From the NCBI RefSeq assembly GCF_963921235.1, contig NC_086097.1, forward strand, positions 230,828,001 through 230,892,000: a DNA stretch of 64,000 bases, written 5' to 3'. The notes beneath the pieces are model-generated. The model worked only from the letters and a program-made list of their open reading frames with translations, did no database searches and was not told the DNA's origin. The translations under genes were made by a program, and so were the position numbers. The stretch comes from Mobula hypostoma (Eukaryota). Shown in pieces: positions 25,490 to 36,925 of this stretch. Position 1 is the stretch's first letter, and every line of letters starts with the position of its first letter.

Positions 25490-26892
25490 GAGTATACAGT
25501 CAATGTTTTGAGCTGATACACTTCTTCAGGAATGGAAAGTAAGGGCGAAAATGCCAGAATAAAATAGTGGAAGGAGGGGAAGGGGGACTAGATGAAGGTT
25601 TTAAGTAGAGATTGGAAGGTGGGAAAGGTGGCTGGAGAAGAAGGAATCTAACAGGAAAAGAGAGTAGACCATGGGAGAAAGGGAAAGAGGAAGGGCAGTG
25701 GAGGAGGTGATAGGCAGGTGAGGAGAAGAGGTAAGAGGCCAGAGTGGTGAATGGAAGAAGAGGGGAGGGGGAGGGGAAAATTACCGGAAGGAGAAATCAG
25801 TGTTCATGCAATCAGGTTAGAGCAGAGTTCCCTAACAATTTTTATGCCATGGACCGTTACCATTTAGTGAGGGTCTGTGGACCCCAGGTTGGGAACCCCT
25901 AACTACCTAGATTGAATACGAGGTCTCACCAATGTAGAGGATGTCACATCAGGAGCAATGGATACAATGGATGATCCAACAGATTTACGGGTGAAATGCT
26001 GCCTCACCTGGAAGGGCTGTTTTGGGCCTTGAACAGGGGCAAGAGAGGAGGTGAATAGGCAATTTTCTGTCGCTTGCAAGGATGTGTGCCAGGAGGGAGG
26101 TTAGTGGGGAGGAATGAATGGACAAAGGAAATGTGGAGGGAGCAATCTCAGCAGGAAGTGGAGAGTGTGTGTGTGTGGGGGGGGGAGGGGAAAATATGTT
26201 TGGTACAAGGAACCTGTTGAAGATGGCAGAAGTTGGATGTGAAACGTCATAGACCATTGTATCCGCTGCTCCTGATGCTGTCTCCCCTACCTTGGTGAGA
26301 CCTGACGTAATGTGGCAGAATGCTTTGTCGAGAACCTCCACTCCATCTGCCAAAAGCGGAATTTCCCGGAGGCCAACCATTATAATTCCCATCCCCATTC
26401 CTATTCTGACACATCAGTCCGTGGCATCCTGTTTTGCCACTCTCAGGGTGGAGCAGCAACACCTCATATTTTGTCTAGGTAGCCTCCAACCTGGTGGCAT
26501 GAACATCAATTTCAACTTCAGGTGATCTTTTCCTCTTCCCCCTTCCCTCTTCTAGTCACCACTCTGGTCTCAGCTCTTCTCCTCACCTGCCTATTACCTT
26601 CCCCTGCTGTTCCTGCTTCTTCCCTTTCTCCTATGGTCCACTCTCCTCTCCTATCAAATTCCCTCTTCTCCAGCCTTTCCCACCCACCTGGCTTCACTTA
26701 TCACCTTCTAACTTTGCCTCCCTACTTTTTTTTTTATTTGGGCATCTTCCCCCTTACTTTCTAGTCCTGATGAAGGGTTTCAGCCCAAAACATCTAGTAT
26801 TTACTCACTTCCATGGATGCTGCCTGACCTTCTGAGTTCCTCCAGCATTTGCTCTGGATTTCCACAATCTGGAGAACCTCTTGTGTTTGCAA
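25490..26892. mobile_element. Penelope-like element, two inverted GIY-YIG 3' fragments
   Basis: Plus half (about 26246-26892) encodes YLGET*RNVAECFVENL and RVEQQHLIFCLGSLQPGGMNINF. Minus half encodes QGPKQPFQVRQHFT. Hammerhead-like motif at 26763-26798. Confidence 0.8.
25823..25900. mobile_element. ~80-bp hAT/Charlie-type MITE
   Basis: CAGAGTTCCCTAAC...GTTGGGAACCCCT TIRs; same family as 43362, 47031, 51058 and 51445. Confidence 0.7.
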
Positions 26893-27589
26893 GACATTCT
26901 TAGATTGGACTTCCATCCTGCCTCAAGGGAAATAAACAATTCTTTAAGTACATGACATGAAGAACTTATGGTGGGTGGAAAGAGTGCAAAGGGTCTGTCA
27001 AATAACTTATAACTATATTGTGTGGATTCTTCAGTGCTATCCAGCTCATTCATGCTTGCCTCTCAGAGGTATAACTTAGGGAGTTGTATTGATGACTGTG
27101 AGGCAACCAGTGGCTTCTGAAAGGTGCAAATTAAAAAAAGCTCCACTTCAGCTGAGTACTTGATAAATGAAGGTAACCTATATATATATAGGTCATATAA
27201 AAATAAAAAGGCTACTCGAATAAACCAACACCGCTGTTAGAGATGAAGAACGGGGAGTTAATACTGTAAGACGTGCCTTCTGTGCCAATCGAATAATAAT
27301 GTTCAAAGCCGAAGAATATGTTTGATCCTTTATTAATCAGCTAGCAAAACAAACAATCTTGAAGCAATAAAACTAATGAAACTAAAACTAGCGATATAAC
27401 AAAATAAACAGTCTTAATGTATTAAATGTACGTAAGCTTTCAATGTAAGTAAAAACAATTAAATTATTTTTGGCAAAGTTAAGCATAATTAAGTGAAATT
27501 AAACGGTCAACCAAAATATATCATACCCAGCTGTTCCTACCTCTAACTAACTCTAACCAAACTAAAGGCAAAGTGTGAATACAAAACCT

Positions 27590-27820
27590 CTCCCTTAAAA
27601 ATACCCAATGACTTGGCCTCCATAGCCACCTGTGGCAATGAATTCCACAGATTCACCACCTCCTGACTAAAGAAATTCCTCCTTATCCCATTCTAAAAGG
27701 ACTCCCCTCTATTCTGAGGCTGTGTCCTCTGGTCTTAGACTTCCCTACCATAGGAAACATCCTCTCCACATCCGCTCTATCAAGGCCTTTCAGCATATGA
27801 TAGGTTTCAGTGAGGTCACA
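27590..27820 (-). mobile_element. CR1 3' fragment
   Basis: TGACTTGGCCTCC...AATTCCACAGATTCACCACC matches the reverse complement of the CR1 3' end. Confidence 0.75.
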
Positions 27821-29034
27821 CCATCAGACAATAGGACCAGCATCCTGAGGTGTTGACTGCAGGCCATCTGAAGATAATAAATGGGTTCTATTTTTGCAGA
27901 TGTCATTAGGTCAATTTAATCCATGTCAGAGAATATATAAAAAATAAGTCATTGTATGGTAACCAATACTCTATATTATTGTAATGAATGGCATCAAAAG
28001 TGCTGAAGACTGTTAAGAAAGAACAATTATTAAAAGTTGAGTGAGAAGGGAGATTATTCTGTTGTTTGTAGAAACAACAGTCTGTTTGACTTTGAATTTA
28101 ATAATATTTTTGGAGCTTGTTCTTATGTGTCAGATTGTACTCCAGGGGTAGCCAGTACTGATCCTAACAAAATTTGATCCCCCATCATGATGGTTGGAAA
28201 ATTTAAACTGATGCAATTAGTTTGGAAAAATGTGTCAGTACCATGAATCATGAAACTTTAGAAAGAGCAAAAAAATACAACTGGCCTTGAATAAAAATAA
28301 TTTGGCATCCTTGTTATCACCAATTTATTGACTCTTAACTGTCTTAATTCAAGATCAATTAGCCATTGTTAAGAATGGCCATGTCTCTTGCAGGAATAAC
28401 TATACAAAGGATAGACATGTGATTGGGTACAAAAGGGTGACTTGAGCTTTAGTAATATTCATTGTTATCAGAGTGCCGGAACTGCATCCACCTTTTGTAT
28501 GATTTTGTTTTGTCTCTGTAGAATCTCAGAAGCAACAGCATCTAATGGCATTTTCCACTGGTATCTCTTGAAATTGCTCTATCTGTGAAAATTCATGGTC
28601 AAGTTCTTAAAAAAAAGATTCAAAACTGTGAAGGTGGACACATCATGTATTGTTTCACCAAGATTACAGTGTGTATTAGATGACAGGTTAGAACTAATAC
28701 ATCATGAAATCGAGTCTATAGAATTCCAGTAAGTTTAATCTTAACAGTACTTTATTTTTTAATGCAAGCTTACTTTTGAATTAACACAGTTAAAAAATGC
28801 AATTGGAGGTAAAATACAGCATGCCAGAATAAAAGATTATTTTTAAACATTCCCTGCACAAGTTAGTTTTTTTTTATAACGATTTTTAACATGTAAATAA
28901 CAGACACTATCAAACAAATATAGCAAGCTTGATGAACTGAGGTGTTTTGGATTTAGTAAGAGAATGAATGAAATTTTATGGCTTTGTTCACTGAGAGGGA
29001 AATTCATTAATAATGACAATATTACACGGTCACA

Positions 29035-29600
29035 TATGGGGTATATGGAGTGTCAGGGAGGGGTAGCACCTCTGGTGGGGGAACATGTCGCGTCCTTTTC
29101 AGGGCGGTTAGTCCACCTTTGGTCCCCACCTGGCACTCAGCTCTCACCTGTGGCTCCCCGTAGCTGTTTGCATGCGACAGCGGCCACACCCCAGGCAACA
29201 GCTTCGACAAGCCGGCTAAACCAGGTGAGGGTAGCCGACGGGTCTCAAACCCTTGGTGAGATAGGGGGTTGTCTATCCCAGCATGTGAAGACAGACTCCG
29301 GCGGATTGAGTGGATGAGACCAATGGAAGGTCCAACGGTCAAGAAGGCGGTCTCTGCAAGTGTCGTGGAACGTGTAGAGCAGGACAAGACACAGAAGACG
29401 TCCTGGTCATCCACTGCGCCTAGTCCCATCTCCAGCTGTCTAGACTCTGTCTTGCCACTGGACCCAGATGGGAATTGGGAAGAGAGAGTGAGGCTGACGC
29501 TGCGCAATTCTCCCTCACTTAAATCCAAATGACGCGCTAGTCTCGACACCATCATTATGGTGTCGAGGTCCTCATCGACGTCAACGATGGACAAACAACA
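29035..29600 (+). mobile_element. Non-autonomous non-coding retroposon with 5' HDV-like ribozyme
   Basis: 11-bp TSD ACACGGTCACA at 29024-29034 and 29601-29611, (CAA)n-like tail, and a second truncated copy at 47077-47339. Confidence 0.85.
29038..29231 (+). ncRNA. HDV-like self-cleaving ribozyme (predicted, possibly mutationally impaired)
   Basis: Manual fold. P1 29038-44/29186-92; P2 29141-51/29220-31; P3 GGC/GCC; L3 UCCCCGU; J1.1/4 GCAA; P4 29199-29214; J4/2 G-C-UAA with the catalytic-C position at 29216. Confidence 0.7.
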
Positions 29601-31996
29601 ACACGGTCACAGTATAAAAAGCATTCGTGCTATTTTTCCATCTCCTTTGAACTGTTGAAGCCACCAAGGTTTTGTTCTATTGAAGCCTCCAATGTCAGGA
29701 CCAATACAAAGGGCATTATATAGTCGCTGGTGATGTTGCCATATAAGAATTCTTAGGCTGTCACATCAGTGACCCTAAATCGTATAAATATTATAAAAGA
29801 TGTGCTCTGTCACTGTCTGTAAAAAAAAAAACTACGTACATGTAAATTTCAGAAATAACCAGAATTTTGTTAATTTATCTAATGTTTCAGCCTAATCTTT
29901 TTAAAATATATTTATACCCTTATTTCCTGATATTTCTAAAAGGTCAGAATTCTTTCAAATTGCCCTGATTTGTATAGATTGTTTCTTTAGTTACCAACTT
30001 GCACATGAAATGACAAGGCACAAATTGTCAGACAAATTTGAGATTTAGATAATGCCAAGACAGAGAAACTAACTTACAAAATTCTTTAACTCAAGAGTTA
30101 CAAAACTCTTGCAGAACTACATCCATTTTAAATTTGGTTTTAAAAATAAACAGAAAAGTAGGTTTACCACAAAAATAGATGTAACTGTTAAAACTGGTCT
30201 ATTTTTTAAATTCCATATGCTGTAGTTTGAAAAAGTATAAAATCAAATATAGCCATTAAGTTTATTCTTGTACACATTTGGATAATTTGAACAAACACAA
30301 TAATCATGTGGAATGTGTTCTACATCATAAGCTATACAGAAAAGAAAAATTGAGTCTGGTTAAAGGAACAATAGTATAGCACTGCTTCTTGGTGTCGAAC
30401 ACATTCACCTCCCCATCCACTGTACCTCCCAAATGACAACAGACTTTAAGACTTTAATATACATCATATTGTATTCTGACTCTGTAATTTCAAAAAAATT
30501 ATTCCATCCTGACAAGATATTTTGTGGATTATAATCAACCATTTGATTTGAGAATGAACATGCCCTACCCATTATAGATATTGTATATATTACTTTTGAA
30601 AAAATATCTCAAAGATAAGGGATAGTATTTTGGAATGATTAAATGCTCTGGAAATATAAATAAGGAACGCATCACTACATTAAAACATAATATACAAAAC
30701 AGTACTGCTCCACAAATTGAGAATGCAAATCATAATACAACCACAATGTAAAAGCAGGCAACACCTCAATGCAGTTGGATTTCATTACTTCAAAACACAA
30801 ATATTCTTCTAAAGAAACACTAATTTATTACTGAGCTCAAGGCCTATTAAGAGCACGTTACTGATAATAACAATGCACTTTGTCCCTTCAGGAGTACATT
30901 TTCAATACCATAGAAATGCCTCAAGAATATGTTCTGAAAATTGAAAACAAAAAGGATCTGCGATATACAGTATTAGAAAACAGGAAAGTTTCATAATTCA
31001 TGTGCTGTACTCAGTTGGAGTTTTGGCACTATTGGTTTCCCTATTGAATTGCAAGTCATGGGAAGATACAAACTATAACCTTTATTAATGATAATTATCA
31101 AACAAACAGCACAATGCATGATTAAAAGAAACTAGTGCATGAATTATTCTGTCAGGCCAGGTGGACAAAATCGCATACTGATGTATTTTGGCTTATACTG
31201 TACTGTAATTTATTTGCATTCTTGATGTGCAAATTATGTATGTATGGTAGAGAGTGGCCTAGTTTGTTTTGCAGCAATAAATATGGAATGGATACAAGAA
31301 CTTTGCTAGCATTACTGCCTCCAGTTCCTTTTGTTGGAGTATCAAGATCGGAGTGAATAGACAGGCTGGCATCACATGGGCTACCGTCAGTAGGGAGGAC
31401 CTTTTGCTATATTGTTGTTCAGTTGAAGCAGTCAAATAAGTTAAAGGTTGGAGTAGTAAATGACTAGCTACATTTGCAAGATATTTCACTATCTACATGG
31501 CATAAGACAGTTAAAAGATATGTTTACAAATAGGACTGATGTGAAATTTTTGTTTATTTCAATGTGATTAATTGTGCTCTAGTTTGTAATCATCTCTTGC
31601 TGTACTCCAAGTCCAGGGTAACCCTGTTAAAGTGCATGTATCATGTTGTATTTAAAACATGTCATCTCACAGGCAGTAATATACTTTTGCTTTTTATGTT
31701 GTAAAATTATGATTTGCTCTCAAAAGCATGGAAAATGTTTTACATGTCCACCATATACATACAACTTCCAATTGGATCATCTCCCATTAATGCACAATTT
31801 ATTGACTTCATCTTAATTTCTGAACAAGTATTTATAAGTAACATTTCTTTAATTCAGCAATAACTCATAATATCTTTGTGTACCCTGTTACTCTTGCTGA
31901 TAAAATGATCTACAGTTTTATGTGCCTTCATAACTAGAGATTAATTATCATAAAAGATACCATTATTCAGCAACTGTCCTTTGAAATCTTCAATAT

Positions 31997-32131
31997 CTAT
32001 TCCAAGTCATCTTCCGAATTCTTAAACATTAAAATGGAATTGTAAATCTTCAGGGCTGGGCCTAATTTGATGCTCATGATCTTAATTATATCCATTTGTG
32101 TCAGCAACAGGAATGCTTCTCCATCAATCTG
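31997..32131 (-). CDS. L3MBTL4: L3MBTL-family terminal coding exon (SAM domain C-terminal half)
   Basis: QIDGEAFLLLTQMDIIKIMSIKLGPALKIYNSILMFKNSEDDLE*; acceptor TTTTACAG; TAG at 31997-31999; phase 0. Confidence 0.9.
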   Translation of the reverse strand, partial: QIDGEAFLLLTQMDIIKIMSIKLGPALKIYNSILMFKNSEDDLE

Positions 32132-32819
32132 CTGTAAAACAGAACAAAATTTGTTGGTAAAGCAACATTTAATTCACCAGCTCCAAATAGGTGGAACTTT
32201 ATTATCAACTTTGATCATCTCATTGCCCCAATACATACACTGTGATCAAAGTTGAGGACTAGTATTCAAAAAGTTTGTTTTCTTTAGGTGGAAGTTACAA
32301 TGGACAGTAGACTACAATGTGCTACTGAAGGTGGCAGAAAACTACTGCCCACTTCCAGAATTTTTGGGAACAAATCTGAATATGGTCATCAGCCTCAGGA
32401 ATATTAACAAAGTCAGGGTACCAATAAAAGCATCTATGCCACAATCTTGAAACTTAATTGAGTTATGCCATTAGCATTACACGCAGCAACTTGTTGGTTC
32501 TAATAAGTAGGACAGATTTTGTAGATCGCAGTAATATAAGTAACTTCTGTCTCAATGAAATATACAGCTGCAGTGCAAAACTTTTTCACTACTGTTTTTA
32601 AATATCCAAGATCTGGAAAGACATGCAATCGTACAACTTCATCAGCAAGGGATGGTTTAAGGAGCGAATGTTGATTGAAAATTGAATCTGTAAAAGCCGA
32701 GACCACTGAGCAAATGTTACCTTGACTCCTTTCTTAGCTAACAAAGACAAAGAATGGATTGTGTGGAGTCGCACACCTAAGAGCAGGATTTAGCATTCTG
32801 TTGAATATACCACCTGAGT

Positions 32820-33938
32820 AAGACCATAAGACACAGGAGCAGAATTAGGCCATTTGGCCCATTCAGTCTGCACCACCACTCAATCATGTCATATCCGTTT
32901 TTCTCCCCCTCCTTAGCCCCACTCCCCTGCCTTCTCTCCATAAGCTTTGATACCATGGCCAATCAAGAACCTATCAATCTCTGCATTAAATGCACCCAAC
33001 TGCCTGGCCTCCACAGCTGTCTGTGGTAATAATTCCACAAATTCACCACCCTCTACCTAAAGAATTTTCTCTGCATCTCTGTTTTAAATGGACACTCCTC
33101 TATCCTGAGGCTGTGCCCTCTTGTCCTAGACTCCCCCACAATGGGAAACATCCTTTCCACATCTACTCTGTCTAGACCTTTCAACATTCAAAAGGTTTCA
33201 ATGCGTTCCCCTTCATCCTTCTAAATTCCAGCGCAACGAGTACTGGCCCAGAGCCATCAAAAATTCCTCATATGATAACCCTTTCACTCCCAGAATCATC
33301 CTGTGAACCTTCTCTGGACCCTTTCCAATGCCAGTACATCTGTTCTTAGATAAGGAGCTCAAAACTGTTCACAATACTCATGGTGGGGCCTCACTGGTGC
33401 CTTTTTAAGCCTCAGCATCACATCCTTGCTCTTATAATCTAGACCTCTTGAAATGAATGCCTTCATCACCGATTCAGCCTGCGAGTTAACCTTTAGGATG
33501 TTCTGTATAAGGAATCCCAAGTCCCTTTGCATCTCAGATTTTTGGATTTTCTCCCTATTTATAAAATAGTCTGCACATTTATTTCTTCTACCAAAATGTA
33601 TAACCATGCATTTTCCATTTCATTTGCCACTTTCTTGCCCAGTCTCCTAATATGCATAAGTTCTTTTGCAGCCTTCTTGTATCCTCAACACGACTTGGCT
33701 CCACCACCAATCTTCGTATCATCTGCAAACTTGGCTACAAAGCCATCTATTCCATCATCTAAGTCATTGGTACACAGCATAAAAAGAAGTGGTCTCAACA
33801 CCAACCCCTGCGGAATACCACTAGTCACTGGCAGCCAAGCAGAAAAGGATCCTTTTATTCCCACTCGTTGCTTCCTATCAATGAGTCAATGCTCTAAACA
33901 TGCTAGTAACTTTCCTGTAATATCATGGGCTCTTAAAT
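32820..33938 (-). mobile_element. CR1 3' region (resumes near 36926)
   Basis: (ATAAGACC)n tail at 32820 and RT peptides on the minus strand. Confidence 0.85.
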
Positions 33939-36925
33939 TCCTAAACAATGGAGACTACAATGGGATGGGGAGGATTCGGCAAATGGAGACTGGGAACAGG
34001 CTATATGGTGGGATGGTTGAGGAACAGTGGAAGACTTTCAAAGAGATTTTTCACAGTACTCAACAAATGTATATTCTAGTTAAAAGTAAGAATAGTAAGG
34101 GTGGGGATAGCCAGTCTTGGATAACTAAGGAAATAAAAGAAGGCATCAAACTAAAAATTGGTTCATACAAAGTCACCAAGAGTAGTGGGAAACTGGAAGA
34201 TTGGGAAAACTTTAAAAATCAACAAAGATTCACTAAGCGAACAATAAAGAAAGGGAAGGTAGACTATGAAAATAAACTGGCACAAAATATAAAAATGGAT
34301 AGAAAAAGTTTTCATCATTATATAAAGCTGACAAGGGTGGCTAAAGTGATCGTAGGTCCCTTGGAGGACGAGAAGGGGGAATTGATATAGGGTAATGAGG
34401 AAATGGTTCTGAAGGATTATTTTGTATCAGCCTTCATGGTGGAGGACATGTCTAACATGCCAACGAGAGATGTTATGGATGCAATGGGAGGTGAGAACCT
34501 CGATACAATAGCTATCACTAAAGAGGTAGTGCTGAGAAAACTTGTGGGTCTGAAGATAGATAAGCCCCCTGGTCCTGATGGAATGCATCCCAGGGTACTG
34601 AAAGAAATGGCAGCAGTTATAGTAGAGGCTTTGGTGATAATTTACGAAAATTCTCTGGACTCTGGGCAGCTCCCAGTGGATTAGAAGACGGCAAATGCCA
34701 CGCCACTGTTCAAAAAAAAGATGTAGGCAAAAGGCAGGTAACTACAGGCCAGTTAGTTTAACATCTGTATTTGGGAAAATGCTTGAAACCATCATTAAAG
34801 AAGAAATAGTGAGGCATCTGGAAAGAAATGGATGCATCAGGCAGATGCAGCATGGATTCAGCAAAGGTAGGCAGCGTTTGACAAACTTACTGGAATTCTT
34901 TGCCACTTTGGTGGCAAAAATAGGAAAACAGATTATTATCTGAATGGTGGCCGATTAGGAAAAGGGGAGGTGCAACGAGACCTGGGTGTCATTATACACC
35001 AGTCATTGAAAGTGGGCATGCAGGTACAGCAGGCGGTGAAAAAGGCGAATGGTATGCTGGCATTTATAACAAGAGGATTCGAGTACAGGAGCAGGGAGGT
35101 ACTACTGCAGTTGTACAAGGCCTTGGTGAGACCACACCTGGAGTATTGTGTGCAGTTTTGGTCCCCTAATCTGAGGAAAGACATCTTTGCCATAGAGGGA
35201 GTACAAAGAAGGTTCACCAGATTGATTCCTGGGATGGCAGGTCTTTCATATGAAGAAAGACTGGATGAACTGGGCTTGTACTCGTTGGAATTTAGAAGAT
35301 TGAGGGGGGATCTGATTGAAACGTATAAGATCCTAAAGGGATTGGACAGGCTAGATGCGGGAAGATTGTTCCCGATGTTGGGGAGGTCTAGAACGAGGGG
35401 TCACAGTTTGAGGATAGAGGGGAAGCCTTTTAGGACCGAGGTTAGGAAAAACTTCTTCACACAGAGAGTGGTGAATCTGTGGAATTCTCTGCCACAGCAA
35501 ACTGTTGAGGCCAGTTCATTAGCTATGATTAAAAGGAAGTTAGATATGGCCCTTGTGGCTACAGGGGTCAGGGGGTATGGAGGGAAGGCTGGGTTCTGAG
35601 TTGGATGATCAGCCATGATCATAATAAATGGCGGTGCAGGCTCGAAGGGCCGAATGGCCTACTCCTGCACCTATTTTCTATGTTTCTATGTTTCTATATA
35701 ATGAGTGCAGTGGATAGAGGGGAACAGATGGACATTATTTACTTGGATTTCCAGAAGGCGTTCGATAAGGTGCCACATAACCCTTATCCATAAGATAAGG
35801 ATGCATAGAGTTGAGGGTGACATATGAGCATGGACAGAGGGTTGGTTAACTAATAGCAAGCAGAGAGTTGGGATACACGGATGTTACTCTGGTTGGCAAT
35901 CAGTGGTGAGCAGTGTGCCACAGGGGTTGGTGCTGGGCCCGCAACTGTTCACGATATACATTAACGATCTGGAAGAGGGGACTGAGTGTAATGTATCTAA
36001 GTTTGCTGATGACGCTAAATTAGGTGGAAAAACAAACTGTGCAGAAGATACAGAGAATCTGCAGAGAGATATAGACAGTTAAGTAAGTGGGCAAGGGTCT
36101 GGCAGATGGAGTACAATGTTAGTAAATGCCAGGTCATCCACTTTGGAAGGAAAAATGAAGGAGCAGATTATTACTTAAATGATAGAAAATTGCAGCATGC
36201 TGCTGTGCAGAGGGACTTGGGAGTGCTTGTACATAAATCACAGAAGGTTGGTTTGCATGTGCAGCAGACTATCAAGAAGGCAAATGGAATGCTGGCCTTC
36301 ATTGGTAGAGGGATTGAATTCAAGAGCAGGGAGGTTATGCTGCAACTATACAGGGTACAGGTGAGGCCGCACCTGGAGTACTGCGTGCAGTTCTGGTCTC
36401 CTTACTTGAGGAAGGATATACTGGCTTTGGAGATGGTGCAGAGGAGGTTCACCAGGTTAAACCCAGATATGAGAGGGTTAGATTATGAGGAGAGATTAAG
36501 ACGCCTGGGACTGTACTCGCTGGAATTCAGAAGAATGAGAGGAGATCTTATAGAAACATATAAAATTATGATAGATAAGATAGAGGCAGGAAAGTTGTTT
36601 CCACTGGTAGGTGAGGCTAGAACTAGTGGACATATTCTCACGACTTGGGGGAGTAGAATTTGGACAGAGATGAGGAACGGCTTTTCCCAGAGAGTGGTGA
36701 ATCTGTGGAATTCTCTGCCCAATGAAGCAGTGGAGGCTACCTCAGTAAATATACTTAAGACAATGTTGGATAGATTTTTGCATAGTAGGGGAATTAAGGG
36801 TTATGGGGAAAAGGCAGGTAGGTGGAGATGAGTCCATGGCCAGATCAGCCATGATATTATTGAATGGCGGAGCAGGCTCAATGGGCCAGATGGCCGACTC
36901 CTGCTCCTATTTCTTATGTTCTATA
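33939..36925 (+). mobile_element. CR1 ORF2 region with nested young CR1
   Basis: PGPDGMHPRVLKE, NYRPVSLTS, YLDFQKAFDKVPH and RPHLEYCVQFWSP; TTCTTATGTTCT tail. Confidence 0.9.
34901..35697 (+). mobile_element. Young CR1 3' fragment
   Basis: ORF 34970-35599 is near-identical to the 3639-4238 ORF; (TTTCTATG)n tail. Confidence 0.95.

Larger units (their letters stand above)
28740..31996 (-). other. Putative 3' UTR of the L3MBTL gene (extent uncertain)
   Basis: AT-rich, repeat-poor sequence after the stop codon. Minus-strand AATAAA at 31798, 31553, 31081, 30824, 30261 and 28751. Confidence 0.45.

Noticed and set aside
29022..29594. 190-aa minus ORF and related ORFs at 47007-47352
   Set aside because: They recur only because the retroposon is repeated. 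No protein motif, and open frames occur on both strands of a GC-rich structured element.
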